Below, one piece after another: positions 34,301-43,097 of a stretch of 64,000 nucleotides of DNA. The position numbers and the translations under genes were made by a program. Each line of letters begins with the position of its first letter. Within the stretch, counting starts at the first letter, position 1. Origin of the DNA: Paracoccaceae bacterium (GTDB taxonomy: Bacteria; Pseudomonadota; Alphaproteobacteria; Rhodobacterales; Rhodobacteraceae). The stretch lies in contig JBFKFZ010000001.1 in assembly GCA_041633555.1 (NCBI GenBank), forward strand, positions 20,259 through 84,258, written 5' to 3'. The notes beneath the pieces are model-generated. The model was not told the origin of the DNA, ran no database searches, and was given only the letters and a program-made list of their open reading frames with translations.

Positions 34301-37186
34301 ATGAATAGGAGCGAGGAAGAAACCGACGAGCTGAAAAGCATGCTGGCCGTGGCGCGCAAGCGGGTGATCAATTTCGCGGTCTGCCTTGGTCAGAACCACG
34401 AAACCACGGTCTTTGCGATGCATCGGCGCAAATCGCCGGACGTTCTTGGCCGTCAGGTCAAACGCGAGGGCGAGACCACCAAGATCACGACGGGGCAGGT
34501 CCGGCTGAAGGCAAAAACACTGGCCCTGACCTGCATCGAACCGCCTCCGCCCGGCGCGGCGCGCCAGCTGCGGTTGTATTTTCGCGACTTCGGGCTGCCC
34601 TTGAAGATTGACCTCCTCGAGGCCGACGGCGCGGCACTGGAAAGCGACGGCGATGACGATGGCGTCGATGCCAAGGAGATGTTACGGCCCTCGGCCCCGA
34701 AGCCCGGCAAGAGGGCGGCGAAATGGAATGCCTTGCTGCCGGCCTTCGAGCAGGCCGTCGGCAGGGTCGTGGCCGCAAACGGCCCCAAGGCCGGGGCAAT
34801 CCAGTCGGCTTGGGAGGGTGCCAAAGCCGCAGCCGATAAGGGCAAGTACAAATCCGCTCTCGCGGCGGTCAAGAAGATCAAGCCACTGCTTAATGCAAGA
34901 CCCAAGCCAGAGAATGACGGTGCCGACGCAGATGATGGTGGATGGGCCCGAATCGAAGCCCGTCTGCAACAACGGCTGCAAACGGCGCTCGCCGCCTTCC
35001 CCGAGAAGGCGGACAAATGGTCGACCGCACTTGATATGGCCCGGCAGAAGGCCGCGGATGGCGACCTGAAGACCGCCGCGCTGATTGCCAGGAAGCTCTC
35101 TGACGCACTCGAAAAGGCGGGTCGGAACGGCGCAGACACTGCTCCTGCAGATACGCCTGACCTGTCCGCGTGGCATGTCGCGCACGATGCGCTGACAGAG
35201 CGGCTGCGCGGCATCGGTCGGGCCTTCGACACGACACGGCTTGCCAAGCTGCTGATCGCGGCGCGAATCGATCTCGAACGCTCGCCGGAAGAGCTGCCCA
35301 AGGCGCTCGCGATCGCCCAGGAGCTCGACACTGCACTGACCGCCGAGGGCATGGCCTATCTCAGATCTGCCAAGGCCGAGGCCACGTCCGCCCTCGCCAC
35401 CATCCAGACTTACCGGGGGGTTGACGATCATGCCAGTCGCCTCAAGGGCCGACTTTCGACGATGGACAAGGCTGCCAGCCGCACGCCGCCGGATTTCGAG
35501 GATATTCACGCAACTCATGCCGCGATCATGGCCGCCCGTGCCGACCTTCGACCGCTGTCGGACCGGTTCGAGGCCGACTACAACGAATGGATGACAAGGA
35601 AGGCCAACTGGTGCGACAAGCCACTGGCAAAGCTGAAGGATACGGTCGTCAGTGAGAGGAAAGGCAAGATCCAGGGCAACCTCGTCGAAGCTGAACGGTC
35701 GTTGGACCGGGGCGACCTGACCAGGGCGAAGCGGCTGATCACGGATGCGTACTGGGATATCAAAGCGGCGGAGGACATTGTCGAGTCGAAGACCAAGCTT
35801 GTCACAATGAAAAGCCAAGCCGAAGCCGCAATCGGCCAGATCACGGCGGCCTTGTTGGCAGACTACCCTTCCGAATGCGCGGCCCTGAAGGCTGATATCG
35901 ACCTGGCAGCGGCCAAGGAGGTCGCGGGCGATTACTATACCGCATCCCTCATTCTGGCGCCGCTGCCGGCCGCCATCGCGGAGCTATTGGCCCGCCCTCG
36001 CCGCGGAACGTTCTCCGAGCGGCTTGAGACCCTGCAGACTAAGGTCGGCGATGATGCCGAGTTGCAGGCCTTGATGGATCGGGCAAGGTCGGATGACCCG
36101 GTCAGGGCGCCCATGGCCCTTGATGAAGCCGAAGCCCATATTGCAGCTGCCGAGATCCGTGCCGCAATCGCGACAGGCAAAGCGCCGCCGCACGACCAAC
36201 TGAAAGATCTGGCAAGAAGCCTAGAAGGGCGGCGCCTTCTCGACGCGCTGATCTCCGAAGCTTCCGACGAAGCCGTGCCCGGGATCGCCGCTGCCCGGTT
36301 CGGCTTCGACACAAGCCCGGTCGAGCCGGACGGATCAGCACCGCCTGCCCGGGCCGCGGACATGCGAAAGCTCTGCCGGTTGCTTGCCGACGCGCCCGGC
36401 GAAACTGCGGTCCAGACCCGCGACATGCTGACGTTCAAACCAATCGATACGTCGCGAGATAAGGACGAAGGCCATTCGACGAGCCCCGGCCCGGTATTCC
36501 ATTCCGGTATCAGCGGTGCGGTCTACACGTCCGCCTACAATCCGCTGGACAAAGATCTGACCGCCTTTGGCGAAGCGGGCGGAACTGGCCATCTCGACCC
36601 CGATGATCTCGGCACGACGACGAGCAGCGGCGACAACCCGTCCTACGGGCGGTGGGCGGCGATGCACCAGCTTGGGCAGGCGATCAACCGCCGCAAGAAG
36701 TTCATGCAAACCAATGGCCACAAACAAGAATTCTCCGGCTGGCAGGATCATGGCAGGGATCTGTCCGACCTCGCCCGAACTGTCGCAGCGCATTTCGGGA
36801 TCGAGCGGGCCTTCGTCGAACGCGCCATGACAGGGATCAAGACCGAACTGCCCACGAAAGCCAGCCAGTACGATGCCGTGGAACAGACCGCCGAGCAATT
36901 ACAGGCTGGTCATGCCGACTTCCTCGACTGGCTCGGAATGGTGGGTCATGCCGGGCGGATCTGGACTTCTTCCAGCCGGACGGCCACTGCCAGAATCGGC
37001 GCGCGCGTGATCCAGGAAACGTCTCCGGGCCATTGGGTTTCATATGATCATGCGGCACGTGCTAAGGTCGTTTCGGCGGTACAGTTCCGGTCGCCCGGCG
37101 ATTGGTTCGCCGAGCTATACGCGGCCTATTTCACCAATGTCCTGCACCCGTCGCATCCGGCCCGGGACTGGTTGAGCAAGCTGTGA
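34301..37186 (+). CDS. Large hypothetical cytoplasmic protein (961 aa): N-terminal ~100-aa domain shared with the 42088 ORF, Ala-rich ~73-aa helical repeats, C-terminal globular region
   Basis: Long uninterrupted ORF with no TM segment or signal peptide. Recurring xGD(Y/L)xxAxxL motifs. C-terminus contains MHQLGQ and DWFAELYAAYF. Confidence 0.7.
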   Translation: MNRSEEETDELKSMLAVARKRVINFAVCLGQNHETTVFAMHRRKSPDVLGRQVKREGETTKITTGQVRLKAKTLALTCIEPPPPGAARQLRLYFRDFGLPLKIDLLEADGAALESDGDDDGVDAKEMLRPSAPKPGKRAAKWNALLPAFEQAVGRVVAANGPKAGAIQSAWEGAKAAADKGKYKSALAAVKKIKPLLNARPKPENDGADADDGGWARIEARLQQRLQTALAAFPEKADKWSTALDMARQKAADGDLKTAALIARKLSDALEKAGRNGADTAPADTPDLSAWHVAHDALTERLRGIGRAFDTTRLAKLLIAARIDLERSPEELPKALAIAQELDTALTAEGMAYLRSAKAEATSALATIQTYRGVDDHASRLKGRLSTMDKAASRTPPDFEDIHATHAAIMAARADLRPLSDRFEADYNEWMTRKANWCDKPLAKLKDTVVSERKGKIQGNLVEAERSLDRGDLTRAKRLITDAYWDIKAAEDIVESKTKLVTMKSQAEAAIGQITAALLADYPSECAALKADIDLAAAKEVAGDYYTASLILAPLPAAIAELLARPRRGTFSERLETLQTKVGDDAELQALMDRARSDDPVRAPMALDEAEAHIAAAEIRAAIATGKAPPHDQLKDLARSLEGRRLLDALISEASDEAVPGIAAARFGFDTSPVEPDGSAPPARAADMRKLCRLLADAPGETAVQTRDMLTFKPIDTSRDKDEGHSTSPGPVFHSGISGAVYTSAYNPLDKDLTAFGEAGGTGHLDPDDLGTTTSSGDNPSYGRWAAMHQLGQAINRRKKFMQTNGHKQEFSGWQDHGRDLSDLARTVAAHFGIERAFVERAMTGIKTELPTKASQYDAVEQTAEQLQAGHADFLDWLGMVGHAGRIWTSSSRTATARIGARVIQETSPGHWVSYDHAARAKVVSAVQFRSPGDWFAELYAAYFTNVLHPSHPARDWLSKL

Positions 37187-37207
37187 CCCCGACAAAAGGC
37201 GTTGCCG

Positions 37208-37888
37208 ATGTCCCTTTCTGACGCGCAGGATTGTCCCTGCCCTGCTTGCGGAGCCAGTGTACCGGTGGCGTACTATGCCAGCCTGGGTCCCGAGGCGCAG
37301 GAAGAGATTCTCATCGACCGGCTGCAATGCACGACCTGCCCGGATTGCGGGCAGGACTTTCGCACCGAACCTGCATTCACCTATCTCGACCCCGAGGCCG
37401 GCCTCTGGATTGCCGCCCGCCCCGCCGAGGCGCTGGCCGACTGGCAACAGGAAGAAGCCGGCGCACTCGCCGCCTTCGAAGAAATCTACGGCGCCGGCGC
37501 GCCCAAGGACGTGCAAGAAATTGGCGCAGACCTTGCCTCCCGGCTGACCTTCGGCTGGCCAGCATTACGTGAGAAGCTGATGATCGCGGAGCATAGCCTG
37601 AGCGACGTGGCGATTGAGTTGACCAAGCTCGCTATCCTGCGCAACCGGCCCGGCAATCCCATCGCAGAAGGCGTCGAGCTTCGGCTGCTTGATGTTCGTG
37701 GACCCAATCTGGAATTCGGGTGGCTCACCCGCCGTGGGGGGAAACAGCTCGATGTTTTCGAAGCACAGAGAAGGCTTTACGAGTCGATCTTGAAAGATCC
37801 GGCCTGGCAGGAAGCGGCAACCCGGTTGCCCGAGAGAGGGCTGGTCGATCTGCAGCGGCTGTTCATTGCACCTGCAGGACCAACCTGA
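37208..37888 (+). CDS. CpXC-domain (zinc-ribbon) protein
   Basis: Two Cys pairs, CPCPACG and CTTCPDCG, spaced as in CpXC domains. ATG at 37208 (the track start at 37202 is TTG). Confidence 0.7.
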   Translation: MSLSDAQDCPCPACGASVPVAYYASLGPEAQEEILIDRLQCTTCPDCGQDFRTEPAFTYLDPEAGLWIAARPAEALADWQQEEAGALAAFEEIYGAGAPKDVQEIGADLASRLTFGWPALREKLMIAEHSLSDVAIELTKLAILRNRPGNPIAEGVELRLLDVRGPNLEFGWLTRRGGKQLDVFEAQRRLYESILKDPAWQEAATRLPERGLVDLQRLFIAPAGPT

Positions 37889-37930
37889 CGATCGGCCCAG
37901 CCGGACGATCTCTTGCAAGACCAGCTGGCG

Positions 37931-40900
37931 TCAGTCGTCGTCGCCCAGGATCGCGTCTGCCGCATCAAGCGCTTCGTCAGCCAGATCGATCGCCTCCTCG
38001 ACGGCATCGGTCAACGGATGCGATTTCGCGACACCTTTCGCCAGTTCAACGGCCGCATCCAGCGGATCGCCGTCAAGCAACTCCTCACCGACATTGATCG
38101 CCGTTTCGACGGCGTTGCCCGCCTTCTTGGCGACATAATCCTTGGCCTTCTCGTAGGCCTTGTCCTTGACGAAATCGATGACCTTGTCACTCAGGTCGTC
38201 AGCCTTATCGCCGGTCCGCTCCAGAATGCCATCATCGGTTTCGTCGGCCTTCTCGTCCTCGATCTTCTCTTCCTCAGCCAGAATCGCTTCGACATCGGTG
38301 CGCAGCTTCGCCAGGCCGTCCAACGCCTTCTCGTAGTTCTTGGCGTCCGCGGCTTCCTGTGCGTCGGCCAGCATTTCGGGCAGCTTCTTGACCCGCTCAT
38401 CGAGTGACTTCTCCTTCACCTCGCAGGCCTGCTTGTACTGGGTCTCCAGCCCGTTCCAGCGCTCGTCATAGCGGACCTTCGCCTGTTCCAGCTTGTCCTC
38501 GGCCCGGTCGAATTCGGTCAGCGCCTTCTCGACCTTCTCAGCCTTGTGGACAGCGCCCTCGTAATCCTCGTTCCCAGCCGTGTCCCTCATCGCGCCATAA
38601 GCATCGATCACCTCCTCCAACTCGTCCGTCAGGACCGAGGCGAATTCGGAATCGTTGGCCTTTTCGACCCGCGGTGTCAGCGACCCGACAAGACCTTCAT
38701 ATTCGGCCTTGTGCTCGCCGGTCGTCATCAGCGCGTCTTCGAGGTCTTCGAGCGCATCGAGAAGATCCTGCACCGTCTCTTCGATCTCGTCGATATCGTT
38801 GCCCTTGATCGCATCCTCGACCTTGTCCTTGGCGGACTTCGCGTCGTCATACTCATCCTCAGCACGATCCTCGGCGTCGCCGGGCTGGCTGTTGAACCGG
38901 TCGATGGCGGCCTTGGCTGCGGCTTTGGCCGAGGACTCGCGCTTGGTCAGCTCGACCCACTTGCCGTCGAACTTCTTGATCTCGGCCAGAAGCGCCTTCG
39001 CCTTGACCGAAGCATCGCCATACCTTTCTTCCCCGGCGAGCGACTCCATGGCGTCCTTGAGCTTGGTCAGATCCTCGAACGGATCCTCCAGATCCTCATA
39101 CTCGGTCGACTTCTGCCGCGCCGCGCCATAGGCCTCAAGCGCCATGTCGCGCTGGATCTCGTAAGCCTCTTTCTGGTCGCCGAATTCATCGACCTTCTTC
39201 ATGTAAGTGTCGATCAGTTCCTTGACCCCGTCGGCAGCTTTCACGGCCTTGACGAATTCATGCTCGTCGCCAAGATTGACCATCGCGTCATATGCGGTGA
39301 TCACCTTGTCCGCGGCAGCCTGAGCCTCTTCGATGTCATTCTTCTTGATGATCTCGATCTTGCCCAGCATGTCCTTGTGGAGCTTCTCGTAGACGGGCTC
39401 GTTCTTGGCCAGCTCGGCGTTCAGGGCAATTGCATCCGTGACCATCTTCTCAAGCTTGGTCATCTTGGCGAGCGCCTCTTTAAGCCACGCCTTGTTCGCC
39501 TCTTCGGTCATCTTGCCGTAGAGCTCCTCGATCGCTTCTCGATCGTCCTTCAACGACAGGTAGGTAAAGGCCCGCACCTGTTCGAGCCGCGGTTTGATTA
39601 CGTCGTGGCGCCGGGTGTAGTCCTTGAGCATCGCCTCGAGCTGCGCGAACTCATCGAGCGGTCCGACGAGTGCTGTCGCCTTCTGCAACGCGGTGGCGAA
39701 GTCGGTCTCGTTGGCGGCGGAAAGCATCTCGTCGCGCAACTCTATGATTGGCGTCTTTTTCGACTCGAGTTCCGCATGGCTGCAGCTCTCAACATCCGCG
39801 ATCTTGTCCTTGATCTTCTCGTAAAGCGCTTCGTACTGGTTCTGCAGGTTGATCAGATTACCAAGCTGTGCGTCGAGATCGTTGAGCATCCGCTCGATCG
39901 CGTTTATGTGGGTCAACGCAAGACGGAAGTCGGTGGCCGTCGCGGCGGCCTCCATCTCGTCGCGAAGCCCTGTCAGGGCCGCCCGTTCATCCTCCAGTTC
40001 CGCGTAATCGCTTTGCATCGAGCCATCGAACCGCGAGATAACGGCAGGCAGTCGCGTTTCGTACTCAGTCCGCGCGGCATCCAGTTCCGTCAGCGTGGTC
40101 TCGATGATCGTGATCTTTTTCTCGATCTCTTCCAGAAGCGTTAGCGCGGCGGGGTAGTCGCCGTTCCCGGCCGCTGTCTCCATCTCAGTACGCATCGCGA
40201 TGATGGCTTCGTGCTCGGCGTCGAGTTCCGCATATTCGCACTGTGCCACAGCGTCGAATCGGACCAGCACGCCTGCCAGCATCGCGTCGTAATCCAGCTT
40301 CGCCTGCTCGATTTCCGCAAACCGCGCCTCGTATTCATCGAGTTTGCCCGCAGCCCGGTTCAGCATGTCGATGGCCGCGGCATAGTCGCCCGCCGCGCCA
40401 GCATCGGCAGCCGCCTGCTGATCACCGGCAATCTCCAGCGAAAGGGCTTCGACCGGCAGGTAGTTGCAGACTGCGGCATCGCCGAAGCGCGGTTCCATTT
40501 CGGCAGAAAGACGTTCGAATTCCTGCCCCAGACGGGCCGTTTCGTAGGCTATCTTGTAGGCATCCAGAAGTGGCACCAGCTTGTCCATCTCTGTCAGGGC
40601 AGCCTCGAAGTCCGCGCCGGCAGCGGCCGCCTCCATTGCGGTCTTGACGCTGTCGAGCTCGGCTTGCTGAGGCTCCAGCGCCGGGAACTCGCTGACCAAC
40701 GCCTCGGCCAGTTCGGACTGGATGGCGGGCAGCCGCGACTCGTAGAGGGCGCGCGCGTCGGCGGACTTGGCGAACTCGGCCAGAAAGATGTCGATCTTGC
40801 CCGAGATATCCGCGATCAGCGGAATCGCCGTTTCGTAGTCGAAGGCAGCGGCAGCAGCTTCGGCCTGGTCCTGCAACGCCAGGATCTCTTCCTGCATCGG

Positions 40901-41638
40901 TGTGAGATCGGGGAACTCGCATTGCGCGCATTGCTGCAGCCGCGGGGCGAGCGCCGCCCACTGCGCATCGAAGTCCGCTTTCTGCTGTTCGACCGTGGCG
41001 ATCATCTGTTCGGCGCTGTCAAGTTCGCCGACGGCCACGCGCAGAGTGGCAAGAGCGGTCACATAGTCGAGCGCCGTGACAGAGGCGTCGATCGCGTCGA
41101 TATTAGTGGTGATCTGGTTCAACTGTCCGGCGATGGCCTCGGTCTGAGTGGGGGCTGCTCTGGCCGTCTGCAGCCGCGTCTCGAATGTCGCCCGAAGCAG
41201 ATCATACTCGACCTTGGCCGCAACCTGGGTCAAATAGACGGCATAGACCGGCTCCATGCTGACCTGCGCCTGGTCCAGCAGCGCCGTGGCGTCGGGCCAA
41301 CGCTGGTCGGCCACCGCATCGTCGATCTGAACCACCTCTCCTTCAAGGATCGCCGCATCGGCATGGCCCCAGGCGCGCAGGTCATCGAGCTGGAACTTCA
41401 GCGTCGCGAAGTCGCGCCCGCGCCCTTGCCAGATCCGCTTGTTCTCCTCGATTTCCTTGCGCAGCTTCGCAATGACGTCTTTCAGCTGGGTTATCTTGCT
41501 GCCAATCTGGTCCAGCTGCTTCTGCTCGCTCGCGTCAATCCCATCCGCCGCAAACTCGCGACGCATGGATTTTTCCTTTGCGACCAGTTTCAGGTTCTCT
41601 TTCTCGGCTGTTTCGATTTTCTCAAGTTTGACGTTCAC
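37931..41638 (-). CDS. Giant acidic helical-repeat protein (1235 aa, about 14 repeats of ~76 aa)
   Basis: GTG start with a GGGAGG Shine-Dalgarno 7 nt upstream. Periodic anchor motif every ~76 residues. No TM segment or signal peptide. Confidence 0.8.
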   Translation of the reverse strand: MNVKLEKIETAEKENLKLVAKEKSMRREFAADGIDASEQKQLDQIGSKITQLKDVIAKLRKEIEENKRIWQGRGRDFATLKFQLDDLRAWGHADAAILEGEVVQIDDAVADQRWPDATALLDQAQVSMEPVYAVYLTQVAAKVEYDLLRATFETRLQTARAAPTQTEAIAGQLNQITTNIDAIDASVTALDYVTALATLRVAVGELDSAEQMIATVEQQKADFDAQWAALAPRLQQCAQCEFPDLTPMQEEILALQDQAEAAAAAFDYETAIPLIADISGKIDIFLAEFAKSADARALYESRLPAIQSELAEALVSEFPALEPQQAELDSVKTAMEAAAAGADFEAALTEMDKLVPLLDAYKIAYETARLGQEFERLSAEMEPRFGDAAVCNYLPVEALSLEIAGDQQAAADAGAAGDYAAAIDMLNRAAGKLDEYEARFAEIEQAKLDYDAMLAGVLVRFDAVAQCEYAELDAEHEAIIAMRTEMETAAGNGDYPAALTLLEEIEKKITIIETTLTELDAARTEYETRLPAVISRFDGSMQSDYAELEDERAALTGLRDEMEAAATATDFRLALTHINAIERMLNDLDAQLGNLINLQNQYEALYEKIKDKIADVESCSHAELESKKTPIIELRDEMLSAANETDFATALQKATALVGPLDEFAQLEAMLKDYTRRHDVIKPRLEQVRAFTYLSLKDDREAIEELYGKMTEEANKAWLKEALAKMTKLEKMVTDAIALNAELAKNEPVYEKLHKDMLGKIEIIKKNDIEEAQAAADKVITAYDAMVNLGDEHEFVKAVKAADGVKELIDTYMKKVDEFGDQKEAYEIQRDMALEAYGAARQKSTEYEDLEDPFEDLTKLKDAMESLAGEERYGDASVKAKALLAEIKKFDGKWVELTKRESSAKAAAKAAIDRFNSQPGDAEDRAEDEYDDAKSAKDKVEDAIKGNDIDEIEETVQDLLDALEDLEDALMTTGEHKAEYEGLVGSLTPRVEKANDSEFASVLTDELEEVIDAYGAMRDTAGNEDYEGAVHKAEKVEKALTEFDRAEDKLEQAKVRYDERWNGLETQYKQACEVKEKSLDERVKKLPEMLADAQEAADAKNYEKALDGLAKLRTDVEAILAEEEKIEDEKADETDDGILERTGDKADDLSDKVIDFVKDKAYEKAKDYVAKKAGNAVETAINVGEELLDGDPLDAAVELAKGVAKSHPLTDAVEEAIDLADEALDAADAILGDDD
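38266..41341 (-). repeat. Protein-level tandem repeat array (~228-nt period, degenerate at DNA level) inside the 1235-aa ORF
   Basis: Anchors at residues ~115,191,267,343,418,494,570,646,718,795,873,949,1026,1102 (e.g. AFDYETAI, GADFEAAL, AGDYAAAI, NGDYPAAL, ATDFRLAL, ETDFATAL, NEDYEGAV, AKNYEKAL). Confidence 0.65.
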
Positions 41639-42087
41639 AATTGGTCCTCCCGTCGGGTTCTTCAGGCCGGCGCCGAACTCCTGATTGGCAAAGCGCCGAT
41701 GCTAATGGCTGTTGGCTCCGCGCAAGGCGGGATTCTCTATTTCCTCAGGTCTGTCATCTTCGCCGCGCCCGGAAATTGGGCCTGATCAGCAGCGTGCAAC
41801 ATCGGCATTCGGCGCCAGGGAAATTGGTCTTCGCGCCCGCTGTGAGCGGTGCCACCCGAACTTTTCAATCCGGTCAATATGCCTCAAAACCGCTGTTCAT
41901 TCAATGCAGGGATACCCGACCTTGGTCGAAACCGGGTTTGAGAATAGGCTGGTTTCGGCTATAAAGGCTGCATTGGATATTTCAGGCGCCGGGCTTTCGG
42001 CGCTTCAATCATTGAGCACTCGAAACGGCATCCGACAATCGTATCTAAGTGACATTTCGGATGTTTTTCGTCAACGAGGAGGCTGGC

Positions 42088-43029
42088 ATGGCCAAGAAGA
42101 AATCCCCGGCAGAACTGAAAGAGGAAGGCGTCGCACTGGGCGAGAAGATCGCGCAGGCGCGCAAGAAACCCTATAAGTTCGCTCTTTCGATCGGCAAGGA
42201 AGGCCTGGTTCTAGAAACCGACCTGAAGAAATCGCCCGACATTCTTTGGCGTAACGCCAAGAAGGCCGGCGGCGGCCCGAAAGGCGCGATGGGCATGATG
42301 AGCGTCAAGGGCAAGATCATCGAACTGGACTGCACGGATGACAGCGCGCCACAGAACCTGCCGAAACTCGCCAAGAAATTTTTTGCCGAGCGTGGCCAGC
42401 CCTACAAATTCGTGATCAAGACCCCGGCCGGCGAACTGTCGGATGACGACAACGAGGAGGAAGAAGAACTGCAGATGGCATCGCCGCCGGAGGAGGAAGA
42501 AGAAGAACTCCAGATGGCCGTGCCTCCACGTGGAGACGCACCGCCACCGGAAGAAACCGCCCCGCCCTCTGCCAGCGATGAGGACGCGGTCGACGAGGAA
42601 ACCCGTGAAGCCGTCGAGGAAGTCACCGGGGAAAGCCCTCAGGAGCAGACAGAGGCGTCCGAAGATAGCGGCGAAGATGCAGACGACGATACCGAGGATG
42701 CACTGCGCGAGGTGTTGCAGAAGGAATTCGAGGGTCTCTCCGGCGATATCGAGGCAGCGAGGCAGGGCACCAATCCCGGAATGGTCAAGAAAACCGACGC
42801 TTTGGTCGAGATGTTTGGCAAGCAGATCGGTGGCGATCTGAAGAAGTCGGCCTCGGTCCTGTCGCTATTGAAAGCGACCCTGAAAGAGGCTGGAGGCGGA
42901 GCTGAAGCGACCCCGGCAGCCGGCCAGGCCGAGGGCGGCGCCCCGGATCCCGCAGCTGCAGAGGCCCGCAAATCCCAGCTTGAAGAGCTGGAAAAAGGCG
43001 TTGATGCCTTGCTGGCTGAGTTCGCCTGA
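42088..43029 (+). CDS. Hypothetical acidic protein (313 aa) with an N-terminal domain paralogous to that of the 961-aa protein
   Basis: GAGGAGG Shine-Dalgarno before the ATG at 42088. ARKKPYKFALSIGKEG...KKSPDIL...GKIIELDC...FFAERGQPYKFVI aligns to ARKRVINFAVCLGQNH...RKSPDVL...AKTLALTC...YFRDFGLPLKIDL. Confidence 0.7.
   Translation: MAKKKSPAELKEEGVALGEKIAQARKKPYKFALSIGKEGLVLETDLKKSPDILWRNAKKAGGGPKGAMGMMSVKGKIIELDCTDDSAPQNLPKLAKKFFAERGQPYKFVIKTPAGELSDDDNEEEEELQMASPPEEEEEELQMAVPPRGDAPPPEETAPPSASDEDAVDEETREAVEEVTGESPQEQTEASEDSGEDADDDTEDALREVLQKEFEGLSGDIEAARQGTNPGMVKKTDALVEMFGKQIGGDLKKSASVLSLLKATLKEAGGGAEATPAAGQAEGGAPDPAAAEARKSQLEELEKGVDALLAEFA
42454..42528 (+). repeat. In-frame tandem duplication (36 + 39 nt) encoding EEEEELQMASPP / EEEEEELQMAVPP
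   Basis: Direct reading of nt 42454-42489 against 42490-42528. Confidence 0.8.
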
Positions 43030-43097
43030 TGACAGGAACTGGCAGCGGGCAATGCTCGCTGCCCCGCGTAGTATGACTTGAACTTTCGGAGGATATC

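Noticed and set aside
34682-35818. 378-aa minus-strand ORF (and 34453-35352)
   Set aside because: Antisense to the 961-aa ORF. Composition typical of shadow frames; the plus-strand frame is uninterrupted for 2.9 kb.
36662-36679. Calling the 961-aa protein an active zinc metalloprotease toxin
   Set aside because: The catalytic HExxH is not present (HQLGQ). Reported only as a degenerate resemblance.
38546-41785. Two long plus-strand ORFs (532 aa and 524 aa)
   Set aside because: Antisense to the 1235-aa repeat gene. Leu/Arg/Gly/Val-rich mirror translation, whereas the minus-strand frame has a Shine-Dalgarno and periodic repeats.
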